The notes under the pieces are model-generated. The model ran no database searches, was not told the DNA's origin, and saw nothing but the letters and a program-made list of their open reading frames with translations. This document shows positions 1-9,720 of a DNA stretch of 64,000 nucleotides, piece after piece; the first letter of the stretch is position 1; each line of letters opens with the position of its first letter. Position numbers and translations under genes: made by a program. The DNA is taken from the NCBI GenBank assembly GCA_025558095.1, contig JAIVFI010000019.1, forward strand, positions 434,001 through 498,000. The letters are read 5' to 3'. The stretch comes from Hyaloraphidium curvatum SAG 235-1 (taxonomy: Eukaryota; Fungi; Monoblepharomycota).

Positions 1-189
1 AATGGTGAGCTTGCTGGCCGCCATGTCCTCCACTCCTCCAAGTTCCAAAGTGAAATGTAAGGAGTGTTACCCTTTTGTAAGCTTGCTGGACACCTACAGC
101 ATTTGCCATCCCAGGGCCTACGTCAAGGACCCAGTCAACTGCAGCAAACTGTGAACAGACCATCCATTTCGTCTTCTTCACGGACAAGA

Positions 190-358
190 CTACCTTCCTT
201 GCGCACTGGTCGAAAAGCGTGTAATCCGTTCAGAGCAGCACACAGATCGGAGGGGAAAACAGCTGCTTGCGCTGTGCCAGGAGGAGGAGCTTGTGATCCT
301 AAACGGCCACCTCGAACCAGGGGCAACAACCCGTGCAGGGAAAGATGGCAAGCACGAC
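190..358 (+). mobile_element. LINE AP-endonuclease domain fragment
   Basis: Manual translation gives ...HTDRRGKQLLALCQEEELVILNG..., which matches the conserved 'xG+xLLxLCxxxxLxILNG' segment of non-LTR retrotransposon APE endonucleases. It is cut off by the LINE tail at ~361. Confidence 0.6.
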
Positions 359-517
359 AGAAGAATACAATAGTATTGGTGACCGGACCTGCCCCTGGCT
401 TGGCCACTGTTACACCATCAGTTTGCTGCTAATTTGAAGTTCGTCAACGTGCATCTTTGTCATTTTCCCCGTTTTCTGTCCTTCATGGACTTTGAGATAA
501 TGAAGCTGGCAATGGAG

Positions 518-815
518 TGTTGGAATGGGTCGTTGCTACGATTCTGTATCAATAGGGAGTCTATTGGCGTGTGGGGATACTTGGGTACGACCGGAGGGGT
601 CATCTAGGGACTTGTCATCATCTCAAGCTTTTCAGAAATGCTTTCATGAGTGTGTCGATCACGTTGAAAATGAGAATCCATCCGGTACCTTCAATCCACG
701 GTTGGACAACGGGTCAACGTGAAACTGTCCCTCTCCCCATCCCGTCCATCTGAGTTCAGACCCGGTTCAGACCACTGGGGCTACGTCTTCCCCACGCCCC
801 ATAGCCACTCCAACA
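518..815. mobile_element. Solo LTR (298 bp) inserted in the LINE
   Basis: Begins TGTTGGA and ends TCCAACA (7-bp inverted termini, TG...CA) and interrupts LINE sequence that is contiguous elsewhere. Flanks are TGGAG / TGGAT (near-TSD). The downstream TGGATCAGAG also resembles a tRNA-iMet PBS. Confidence 0.75.
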
Positions 816-1512
816 TGGATCAGAGTTGAGGGCCTTCTCCTTTTGCCGCCTCACTTTGATCGTGGGCTCGAACTCCTTGATGCTAAGAGCCCACAGCCAG
901 GTCTCCACGTTCCACTTGCGGCCCAGTGCTTCCAGTCTGGTCTGCAGCTTCTGGCGCCGCTCTGCATTTGCTGAACAGTGGAACAGAAAGTGTTGTTCGT
1001 CTCCCATGTGCTCAGGGTCATGTTTGCACATCCTCTGCTGCACCTCATGTCCTTGGTGCCTGCCTGTCTCCACCTCCAGGTCGTGGGTAGAGCAGAGCAG
1101 CTTCTGGACGTCCCTCCGGTGCTTCTCCACCCGGATCAGCGACGGTGCAATGTGACCAAAGGTCATGTCCCACATCCTCCAGAAGTGCAGCTTGTCGTTG
1201 TCCTTGAGCTTCTGGGCATTGATCTCCCTGAACTTGCCCTTCACATGATTCTCCAGTCTCCTTGGCCCATTAAAAAGTGTCCTTCTCCCACATCTCCCTC
1301 CCCTCCTCTCCACCATAGTACACAAGTAGTTCCCTCAGGAAGACAGCCCAGTTCCAGCACCCCTGCAGTGTCTCGATCTTGAGCTCCTTGTAGAGCAGGT
1401 ACAATGCAGGGTCAGCTGTTTTGATGCGCATGAGGAACTTGAGAGCCGACTCATGGTGATCATGAACTGCAAGAGGGTACTGATGGCCAGTGATTGTTGT
1501 GACGAGGTTGTT

Positions 1513-1657
1513 CGTTGTGACGGACGACTGGTCCGGCCTCTAGCCGACGTGGACGGAAGGATGCGTGACCCCTGTGTGTGGGGAATTCCGTCGTGTTGTG
1601 ATTGGAGTTGGGGCCGCTTCTCTAAGTCGCCGCCAGCCTAACAACCTCGTCGCAACA
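1513..1657 (-). repeat. Copia 3' LTR (145 bp), minus orientation, with PPT at 1658-1665
   Basis: Near-perfect reverse complement of 8303-8447. Adjacent CTCCCCCC is the PPT (GGGGGGAG on minus), just downstream of the RNase H ORF. Confidence 0.9.
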
Positions 1658-1696
1658 CTCCCCCCGAAGCGGGACCAACTCCTCCCCCCAACCTCT

Positions 1697-2417
1697 TTAG
1701 AGGAAGCGCTCTTTCGGCTGAGCTATTGTCATGATGTCCGCAAGTTGTTTTCCGGATTCAATGTCCTGAACCACGATTGTTCCAAGTTCCTGTTGTTGTC
1801 GAGTCAAATGGTACCGAATTGCAATGTGTTTGGTGCGCTCATGGTGAACAGGATTGTAAACCAAGTCCTGTGCCGAAGCATTGTCTTCGTGGATGATGGT
1901 GGGGCCTGGCATTGGAAACCCCAGTTCCGCAAAAAGGGTGCGCAAGTACATCACATCCCTTGTGGCTTGTGCCAGGGCAATGTACTCTGCTTCGGTAGTG
2001 GATTGAGCCACAAGGCTTTGGAGTTTTGACTTGAAGGAAAGCGGAGCTCCACATGCCATGACGACAACGCCTCTGGTGGATCTGGCAGTGTCCAGATCAC
2101 CTGCGAAATCCGCATCTGCAACAGCTTCCAGCACCAATGGTTTGTTGCCATCAAACACGAGTCCAAATGCCCGGGTCTGACTCAAGTATCGCAGGATTCT
2201 CTTTAGAGCCGCAATGTGCTAAAGCCTTTCCATAGTTCTGCAGGTACCTGCTGAGGTAAATGACAGCATATGCCATGTCAGGCCTAGTGCAAAGAGCTAG
2301 GAAAAGCAAGGAGCCAATGCATCCAGAGTAGTTGAACGATGCCATGACCTCCGGATCTGCAATGTCTGGCTTCCTAAATCTCTCGGAAGGGAGCAATGGT
2401 GACGGAGCATCCTTCAA
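1697..2417 (-). pseudogene. Copia RT C-terminus + RNase H (frameshifted)
   Basis: YSGCIGSLLFLALCTRPDMAYAV, ADADFAGDLDTARST, VAQSTTEAEYIA, HEDNASA, HERTKHIAIRYH and QLADIMT are classic Ty1/copia motifs. Confidence 0.95.
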
Positions 2418-2421
2418 AGAA

Positions 2422-2505
2422 ATGTAGATGTAGATGTAGATGTAATGTGCAACTCAAGCCCTGCTATACAAGCTTTGGCTCTTACACGATGTGTATCATT
2501 AGTAG
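2422..2505 (-). mobile_element. 3' end of a second LINE family with (CTACAT)n tail
   Basis: (ATGTAG)x3+ATGTA at 2422-2444 abuts the broken copia RT. It is preceded on minus by a stem-loop resembling the family-1 3' UTR. Confidence 0.6.
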
Positions 2506-2793
2506 ATTGCTATCGGATCGATGTTGTCCTCAGTAACGTCTCTCTGTTCATGGTCAAGGAGGCAATGCAAGAGTACGAGCAACTTCAAGCTGGATCCGAC
2601 AAGTGCAACCGGCTCATCCAGATCATGGCAGCGGTGAACAAGGTCGCGAAGAAGAAGTACGACAAGGTCAGCGTACACGAAGAGGCGGACAAAATCCTCA
2701 ACGGCTTTGCGGACTCGGCAGAGAGGGCTGTTGAAGGGCCGAGATCGATCGGAAGCTGTCACGCCTTCTTGAGCTGCGATTGAGCGATCCCTC

Positions 2794-5700
2794 ATGGAGA
2801 AGGACGAGTGGAAGAAGGAGTACCAGGGGAAGACGCGGGAGCTGGAGAAGGAGCGGAAGAAGTTGGAGAAGAGGATGCGGAGGGTTGCTGAGCGAGAGAA
2901 CTCCAAGCTGCTAGAGCGACTCTTCAGGCGAGAGCCTAAGGGGTACTACCAGCTGCTTGGAAAGGCTCACGCAAGGCGCAAGGGCAACCCCGTGCCCTTT
3001 GCAGAGCTGGTGCGCCACATGGAGATGGTCGCCAGCGCCGAGTACGTGACCAAGATCGAGGAGGATCCAAGGCTCACGTTTCCACCACTTCCCAAGGCCA
3101 CGATCACGCCTTCTGGAGACCTGCTGGGCCCCATCACCCTCAAGGAGCTGGAGAGGGTCTTGAAGAAGGCCCCCAACGGCAAGGCAAAGGACGAGGATGG
3201 GATCCGGCTCGAGTTCGTCAAGTACGGGACTGCAGTACTGAAGCAAGCTGTTGTCAACCTCCTCAACGACGTGCTCAATAGCGTCAAGATGGATGACTGG
3301 GGCCAGACACTGCTGGTGATGCTGCACAAGAAGGGGCCCAAGAACGTGGCTGGCAACTACCGAGGCATCAGCATCAAGAGGACGCTAGAGAAGGTCTTCT
3401 CCCTGGTCTGGAACGCTCGGCTAGCTCCCTGGGCTGAGTGCAACGAGCTGCTGGAAGGCTCGCAGTTTGGATTCCGTGCACGGAGATCGACCCTTCATGC
3501 AGTGTTCCTTGCCGAGGCACTCTTCTCCCTGGCCAAGGCACGCAAGGAGAAGCTGATCATGGTCTTTGTAGATTTCACAAAGGCTTTTGACACGGTGGAG
3601 CGCCCCAGGTTATGGCAGAAACTGGAGGAGATGGGTGTACCCAAACAGGTTGTTGACATGTTCGAGATGGCGTTCGGGCGCGTGTGGGGACGGCTCCGGG
3701 ATGAAGACGGGACCAAGTCAGACTTCATCAAGTTCCTGACCGGAGTGAAGCAGGGGGACCCTCTCTCGTCGCTGTTCTTCATCTTGTTCATCCACGACAT
3801 CACTGCTTTCATGGAGGCCAATGGTGCAAAAGGGATGGATCTGGGCATGGTGTCTGAGGAGGAAGAGGATCAGGAGAGGATGGTCAGCTTGCTGGCTCTG
3901 TTCTTTGCAGACGACACCACTTTGATCTCGAAGACGGTGAAGGATGCCAAGATGCAGCCGGATCTTTTGTCTGCATATGCCAGTGCCAATGGGCTGGAGA
4001 TCAACGTCAGCAAGACAGAGTGGATGGCCAGGAGGATACCTCACGGTGTAAAGCTCATGTACAGGGACCAGGAGCTGCACTTTTGGAGGATGTGTGACAT
4101 GACCTTTGGCCACATCGGACCATCCCTGATCCGGGTGGAGAAGCACCGGAGGGATGTCCAAAAGTTGCTGTGCTCTACCCACGACCTGGAGGTGGAGACA
4201 GGCAGGCACCAAGGACATGAGGTGCAGCAGAGGATGTTCAAACATGACCCTGAGCACATGGGAGACGAACAACACTTTCTGTTCCACTGTTCAGCAAATG
4301 CAGAGCGGCGCCAGAAGCTGCAGACCAGACTGGAAGCACTGGGCCGCAAGTGGAACGTGGAGACCTGGCTGTGGGCTCTTAGCATCAAGGAGTTCGAGCC
4401 CACGATCAAAGTGAGGCGGCAAAAGGAGAAGGCCCTCAACTCCATTGCCTGCTTCATCTCAAAGTCCATGAAGGACAGGAAAACTGGGAAAATGAAAAAG
4501 ACACACGACGACGATGAACTTTCCAATTAGCAGCAAACTCATGGTGTAACAGCGGCCAAGCCAGGGGCAGGTCCGGGTCACCAATACTATTCTATTCTAT
4601 TCTATTCTAGCTACAGGATAACTGGGAAAATGAAAAAGACACACGACGACGATAAACTTTGCAATTAGCAGCAAACTCATGGTGTAACAGCGGCCAAGCC
4701 AGGGGCAGGTCCGGGTCACCAATACTATTCTTCTATTCCTTAGCTGAAGAGGGTTGACAGCTTCAAGCTTCTGGGGTATCAGCTGACCTCACCCGGCCGG
4801 AGCAAGGACCATGTGCATGGCAGAGAGGCCAAGATGAACGCTGCTTATGGGCTCTGGCTCCGTGACACCAGGGAGCAGCCTGGGATGAGTCCTGACCTCC
4901 AGCTCAAGCTCTACAACACAAAGGTCAAGGCAGTGGGCCAATATGGGAACCCGTTCATTGTTGAGATGCCGAAGGAGGAGTACCTTGCCGGGGAAAGCAC
5001 CAGGGACAAAGTGACATGCATGGCTCTTCGTGCCGTCACTCATCTGCCCAAGTCTACCTCCCTGGCCTGTCTGTATGCGATCACTGGCCAGTACCCCCTT
5101 GCAGTTCATGACCATGAGTCGGCACTCAAGTTCCTCATGCGCATCAAAACAGCGGATCCTGCGCTGTACCTACTTTACAAAGAGCTCAAGATCGAGGCAC
5201 TGAAGGGGTCCTGGAACTGGGCTGCCTTCCTGAGGGAACTACTTGTATACTATGGCGGCGAAGATGGGAGGATGATGTGGGAGAAGGACACTTTCTCATG
5301 GCCCAAGGAGACTGTGGAGAATCTTGTGAAGGGCAAGTTCAGGGAGATCAATGCCCAGAGGCTCAAGGACAACGACAAACTGCACTTTTGGAGGATGTGT
5401 GACATGACCTTTGGCCACATCGGACCATCCCTGATCCGGGTGGAGAAGCACCAGAGGGATGTCCAAAAGTTGCTGTGCTCTACCCACGACCTGGAGGTGG
5501 AGACAGGCAGGCACCAAGGACTTGAGGTGCAGCAGAGAACGTGCAAGCATGACCCTGAGCACATTGGAGACGAACAACACTTTCTGTTTCACTGTTCAGC
5601 AAATGCGGAGCGGCGCCAGAAGCTGCAGACTAGATTGGAAGCACTGGGCCGCAAGTGGAACATGGAGACCTGGCTCTGGGCTCTTAGCATCAAGGAGTTC

Positions 5701-5904
5701 GAGCCCACGATCAAAGTGAGGCGGCAGAAGGAGAAGGCCCTCAACTCCATTGCCTGCTTCATCTCAAAGTCCATGAAGGACAGGAAAACTGGGAAAATGA
5801 AAAAGACACACGACGACGATGAACTTTCCAATTAGCAGCAAACTCATGGTGTAACAGCGGCCAAGCCAGGGGTAGGTCCGGGTCACCAATACTATTCTAT
5901 TCTA
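2794..5904 (+). mobile_element. Non-LTR retrotransposon (RTE-X-like LINE, family 1) RT ORF, 5'-truncated, interrupted by its own 3' fragments at 4078-4746
   Basis: RT motifs NYRGIS, QFGFR, FVDFTKAFDTV, GVKQGDPLS, LFFADD, INVSKTEWM and VDSFKLLG. C-terminal HxLEVETGR...C...GDEQHFLFHC. 3' tail (TATTC)n. The clade assignment is inferred from the C-terminal motif and microsatellite tail. Confidence 0.9.
4078..4746 (+). repeat. Two tandem 5'-truncated copies of the family-1 LINE 3' end (4078-~4610 and ~4613-4741)
   Basis: Near-identical to 5383-5904. Each ends in a TATTC-type tail. The block is bounded by AGCTG at 4073-4077 and 4742-4746. Confidence 0.9.
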
Positions 5905-6470
5905 GACTCGGACCACAACCTGATCGTGCTCACCGTGATCGACCCAGCAGCCACAATCACCGACCCGAAAGTCGCCCGCCCAAAAGTGCGCAAACCCTCC
6001 CGACCATGGGATTGGTCGGCGCAGGAGATCTTCAACGAGCTTTCGGAAGGTATGATTGCGGAAGCTCTCGCCGCAGCGACGAGTGCCGCGGACAAGTTCG
6101 GACTCCTCATCGGAATGATGGGGAGCCATGGGCAAGACCGCGCGGAAGGAGAACGCTAAGAAGGCCGAATTTGAGGCTGGGGACAAGGTGCTGAACGACT
6201 GGAGGCATTCGATGGAGCTGAAAGAACTGCGGAAGCAAATAGTAAGCTTGGGTCAGAGGCTGAAGGCTGGAGGCCTAAGCTGGGAGGAACGCGAGCTATT
6301 GCTTGATGAGCGCAGAGCGCTGCAAGAGAAGGACAAGAAGCTTGAAAGCTGGTTAAGAAGCTGAAACTACGCGCGCAGCAGGCCATGCCAGTCACAAGTT
6401 CCACCTCGCGGTTGAAGGATCGCGGGGCTTCTGGAACTGGGCGAAACTAAAGCACTCCGTCCAAGACAGC
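5905..6470 (+). mobile_element. LINE fragment: end of AP endonuclease (SDH motif) and EN-RT linker
   Basis: GACTCGGACCACAACCTGATCGTG = DSDHNLIV directly after the tail. It is followed by helical linker ORFs (5926..6159, 6128..6364) and RGFWNW. Confidence 0.65.
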
Positions 6471-6539
6471 ATCTCTGTTGGTTCCCTATGGTGACATGCT
6501 CTTAGACGTCAGACCACTTGGGCCAGAGGCGTGGTACCT

Positions 6540-6972
6540 TCTTTAGTCCAGTGGTCTAACACATACGTCCCTGTAAACCTCCAAGATCCGTCTCCTCCGC
6601 CAGAAGGTCTCCTTCTCCTCGCAGAATTTCACCTCTTCGTCGTTCCTCAACATCCATATGACCGTCTCCAGGTTCCAGCGTCGCCCAAGCTCTCTGGTCC
6701 GGGTTTGAAGAATCTCCCGTTCGTCATCGTCCCAGAGCAGCAAAGCAGAAGGTGCATCTCGTCTTGATCTGATCCAAATGGTGGGGGCAGGTCCGCTCAC
6801 AGAATCTGATGCCTTGTTGTCGCTGCGTTTCCACGTTGAGCACGTGGGTGCTGGTGAGCAGTCGGTTCAAAGAGGTGCGCAGGTCGATGCGATCCATGAG
6901 CAGGGTCTCGCATAGTCCAAAACCCATCCCCGCAATCCTCCAGAACCGGATTTTCCCGTTATCGACCACCAA
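6540..6972 (-). mobile_element. C-terminal fragment of a paralogous LINE family
   Basis: DNGKIRFWR...LLTSTHVLNVETQRQQG...ERTCPHH and LQTRTRELGRRWNLETVIW are homologous to family-1 DNDKLHFWR...LCSTHDLEVETGRHQG and LQTRLEALGRKWNVETWLW. Partly repeated at ~9255-9360. Confidence 0.8.
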
Positions 6973-6974
6973 AT

Positions 6975-8265
6975 GGGAGTGGCAAACTTCTGGTTCTTGT
7001 TGAGATCGCCGGCAGCAAATTGCACTGCTTGCGTGGTGTTGGTAATGAACACGTAGTGGGATTTGAGAATTCGGTCCTCCTTGCCACGGGGCCTTTCAAC
7101 CTCTTCCCAGACTTCTTTGTCATTGAAAGCTCCATCTTCCACTTGAATTGCTTCATTCCATTTTGCCCATTCTGGCAAAAGCTTTGCCTCCGCAATTGAT
7201 ACTTGGGATTCGAACCCCGTCAATCACGTGCATTGGCATTCCAAAACCTCCTTGGCTCCCAAAGTCCATGTGCACTGGTCCGGATTCCTGCCATGATTGC
7301 AGCTTGCAGTTGTGGGGCTTTCCACCATTCCCGGGGAGGCTGCTGTGCCCGAGAGGAATGACGCACAGGACGATGACCATGGTGCTGTCCATTCTGCTCT
7401 TGCTGTTCTTGCTGCTCATGCTGTGGAAGATTTTGCAGGTCTTGCTGCTGATGAAGATCTAGTGGCTCTTGTTCCTCCTCCCCCTGAGGCACTAGATCAT
7501 CCGTTTGGATGAGATCGAGTAGATCGAACGTTGAAAGAGGCGGCCTTGCCGTGCTGTCAACAGCTTCCTTGCCTGGTTTTGAGGAAGTGGGTGCAAGGAA
7601 AGGGATAGTGCGTGCGCTATAGCGCTCATTTGGCACATGGTTCGGACCGCCATGACTTTTCCTGAATCAATCAAACGAAACATGTGCCCTTTTGTGTTTG
7701 GAGCTCTCCCCAAGTAGATTGCTCGCGCAGTGCGTGGTGCCAAGGTAGTGAGTTCTCTGTCTCGCACTTGGGCCCAGCATTCCATCCCGAATGTATAGAA
7801 GTCTTCGACTGTTGGAATTTCTCCACTCCACAATGTCAGAGGAACGGCGTTCTTTCTCCCATGATTTGGCGGTTGGCACACAGTTGAGGACGTGCCCTGC
7901 ATGAGTGGCGGCGAAAGACCATTCCTCAGACGGTCGCTGTTCCCCTAACAGCATTGCACGGATCATTTTCTCAATCTTTTGAACTCCCCGCCCGTTCAGC
8001 AACGGAATTCATTTGGGGATGTCCTGGGATGATGAGTCTGAACTGAGCCCCAATCTTGTGGAGGTGTTCCTGGAGTTCCTTCGTGTTGGCTTCATTGTCC
8101 GCATGAAGGTTGCCGCCAAGTAATACGTATCCATATTGATTCCTGGCGTGTTCGCTGAATCTGATGATTGTCGATGACATTTCAGAGCGAAGGACCAAGT
8201 TGAAAGTGGCAAGAAACTGAGTGTCCTCGTCGAAAATGATGAGAAGATGGCGCTTGCCATCTAGG
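6975..8265 (-). pseudogene. Copia integrase core, SH3-like region and RT start (multiple frameshifts)
   Basis: HADN...PGHPQMNSVAER, EKMIRAML, WSFAATHAGHVLNCVP, TFGMECWAQV...AIYLG, WNEAIQVE...VWEEVERP. Confidence 0.9.
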
Positions 8266-8302
8266 GATCTAGGGAAATTAGTTGGTCCCTCTTCGGGGGG
8301 AG

Positions 8303-8447
8303 TGTTGTGACGAGGTTGTTAGGCTGGCGGCGACTTAGAGAAGCGGCCCCAACTCCAATCACAACACGACGGAATTCCCCACACACAGGGGTCACGCATC
8401 CTTCCGTCCACGTCGGCTAGAGGCCGGACCAGTCGTCCGTCACAACA
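8303..8447 (+). repeat. Copia 3' LTR (145 bp) with PPT GGGGGGAG at 8295-8302
   Basis: TGTTGTGACG...CGTCACAACA inverted termini, preceded by a polypurine tract and followed by the TSD. Confidence 0.92.
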
Positions 8448-8874
8448 GTGATCGCATACAAACAAGTCAGGGAGGTAGATTTTGGCTGCTGAGTGACAGC
8501 GCGAAGGGCTATGCATGTCACTTTGTCCCTGGTGCTTTCCCCGGCAAGGTACTCCTCCTTCGGCATAAATCTACAAACAACATGATCAGCTTCTCCTTGC
8601 GTGCCTTGGTCAAGGAGAAGAGCGCCTCAGCAAGGAATACCGCATGAAGGGTCGACCTCCGTGCCCGGAATCCAAACTGTGAGCCTTCCAGGAGCTTGTT
8701 GCACTCAGCCCAGGGAGCGAGCCGAGCGTTCCAGACAAGGGAGAAGACCTTCTCCAGTGTCCTCTCCATGCTGATGCCCTGGTAGTTGCCAGCCACATTG
8801 TTGGGCCCCTTCTTGTGCACCATCACCAGCAGTGTCTGGCCCCAGTTTTGCATGTCGACGCCATTAGGCACAAA

Positions 8875-9230
8875 TACTATTACTGCTGGAGAGAGCTTTG
8901 CCTCTGGAGGAATTTGCCTACAACAATTCCATCCATGCACAACAAAAGTGACGCCAATCTTTGCAAACTATGGCTTTCCTCCGAAGTTCGACGTGAAAGC
9001 AGCGAAGGAGAAAGAGGTGCCCAAAGCTGAAGCACTGGTTGTCAAGTTGAGAGAGATCAACGACATCCTCAAGGAAGAACTTCACCAGCAGGCCCAGGCG
9101 GACCAGGCCTAGGAGGACCAGAAGAAGATTGCAGACAGGAAACGGACAGTATATCCAGAGCTGAAGGAGGGAGGGGAGACAAAGTCTATTCGGACCAGGA
9201 ACAGCAGTGTTGCACGTCTTGCCCTGTGCC
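8875..9230 (+). pseudogene. Ty3/gypsy (Tf2-like) integrase C-terminal fragment
   Basis: Frameshifted W..LPLEEFAYNNSIH / TTKVTPIFANYGFPP...QKKIADRKR...GDKVY. Confidence 0.8.
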
Positions 9231-9434
9231 TCATAGATAATAAATGTGCCAGCAGCCTCCAAGATCCGTGTTCTCCGCCAGAAAGTTTCCTTCTCCTCGC
9301 AGAATTCACCTCTTTGTCGTTCCTCAACATGCAGATGACCGTCTCTGGGTTCCAGGATCGTCCATATTGGGCTGCCCCCATATGCTCTCCCTAACCAATC
9401 CATGACTAGGCCATCTCCCAAGGCCCATCCTGAC

Positions 9435-9550
9435 ACTGGAGTCAAGCACGCCTAGGGGCACCCCTTCTTGTCGCTGTTCTTCATTTTGTTAAGACATTAC
9501 TGCTTTACACTTTCGTGCAGGCCAATGGTGCAAAGGGGATGGATTGGGGC
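9435..9550 (+). mobile_element. Degenerate family-1 LINE RT fragment
   Basis: Similar to 3740-3845 (GGAGTCAAGCA...TCGCTGTTCTTCAT...GGCCAATGGTGCAAA). Confidence 0.7.
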
Positions 9551-9720
9551 GTTGTGTAGGAGGTCAGGTTAGACACGGCATTATCACATGTAGATCACTT
9601 TGGTTACTGAGGGTTGGTCCCAATGGGAAGGAAGGTAAACAGGACTTGGTCTCCACCAATGATGCGTTTGCAGTCTGTATTCAACCTCACACACAAACCA
9701 TGCCTGAGAAGATGCAAGAC

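Larger units (their letters stand above)
1495..8447. mobile_element. Ty1/copia insertion bounded by GTGAT TSD, rearranged interior
   Basis: GTGAT at 1490-1494 and 8448-8452. Starts TGTTGTGACGAGGTTGTT (the first 18 nt of the LTR) and ends CGTCACAACA. The host LINE is contiguous across the insertion. Confidence 0.85.
361..8870 (-). mobile_element. Degenerate minus-strand LINE (family 1) hosting nested insertions; pieces at 361-517, 823-1494 and 8448-8870
   Basis: 361-517 is the reverse complement of the 3' end/tail seen at 4440-4600. 823-1494 matches 5080-5745 (ORF 756..1325, HDLEVETGRH...DEQHFLFHC). The sequence resumes exactly at 8448 (rc of 4966-5085), then jumps to the RT N-terminal part (ORF 8518..8940, NYQGIS...QFGFR). 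Confidence 0.85.

Noticed and set aside
2422-2444. (ATGTAG)n as an interstitial telomere repeat
   Set aside because: Under four units, not G-rich telomere-like, and positioned as a retroelement tail next to a 3' stem-loop.
2445-2783. 112-aa ORF as an independent gene or ORF1
   Set aside because: It starts inside another element's 3' end and is probably a frameshifted EN-RT linker of the downstream LINE; it cannot be assigned confidently.
4480-4741. Direct repeats resembling a CRISPR or regulatory array
   Set aside because: They are duplicated LINE 3' ends with tails; there are no unique spacers, no cas genes, and the context is eukaryotic.
1513-8447. Inverted repeats read as DNA-transposon TIRs or DIRS-type ITRs
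   Set aside because: Each has TG...CA ends and an adjacent polypurine tract, and they flank copia pol with a 5-bp TSD. No transposase or tyrosine recombinase is seen.
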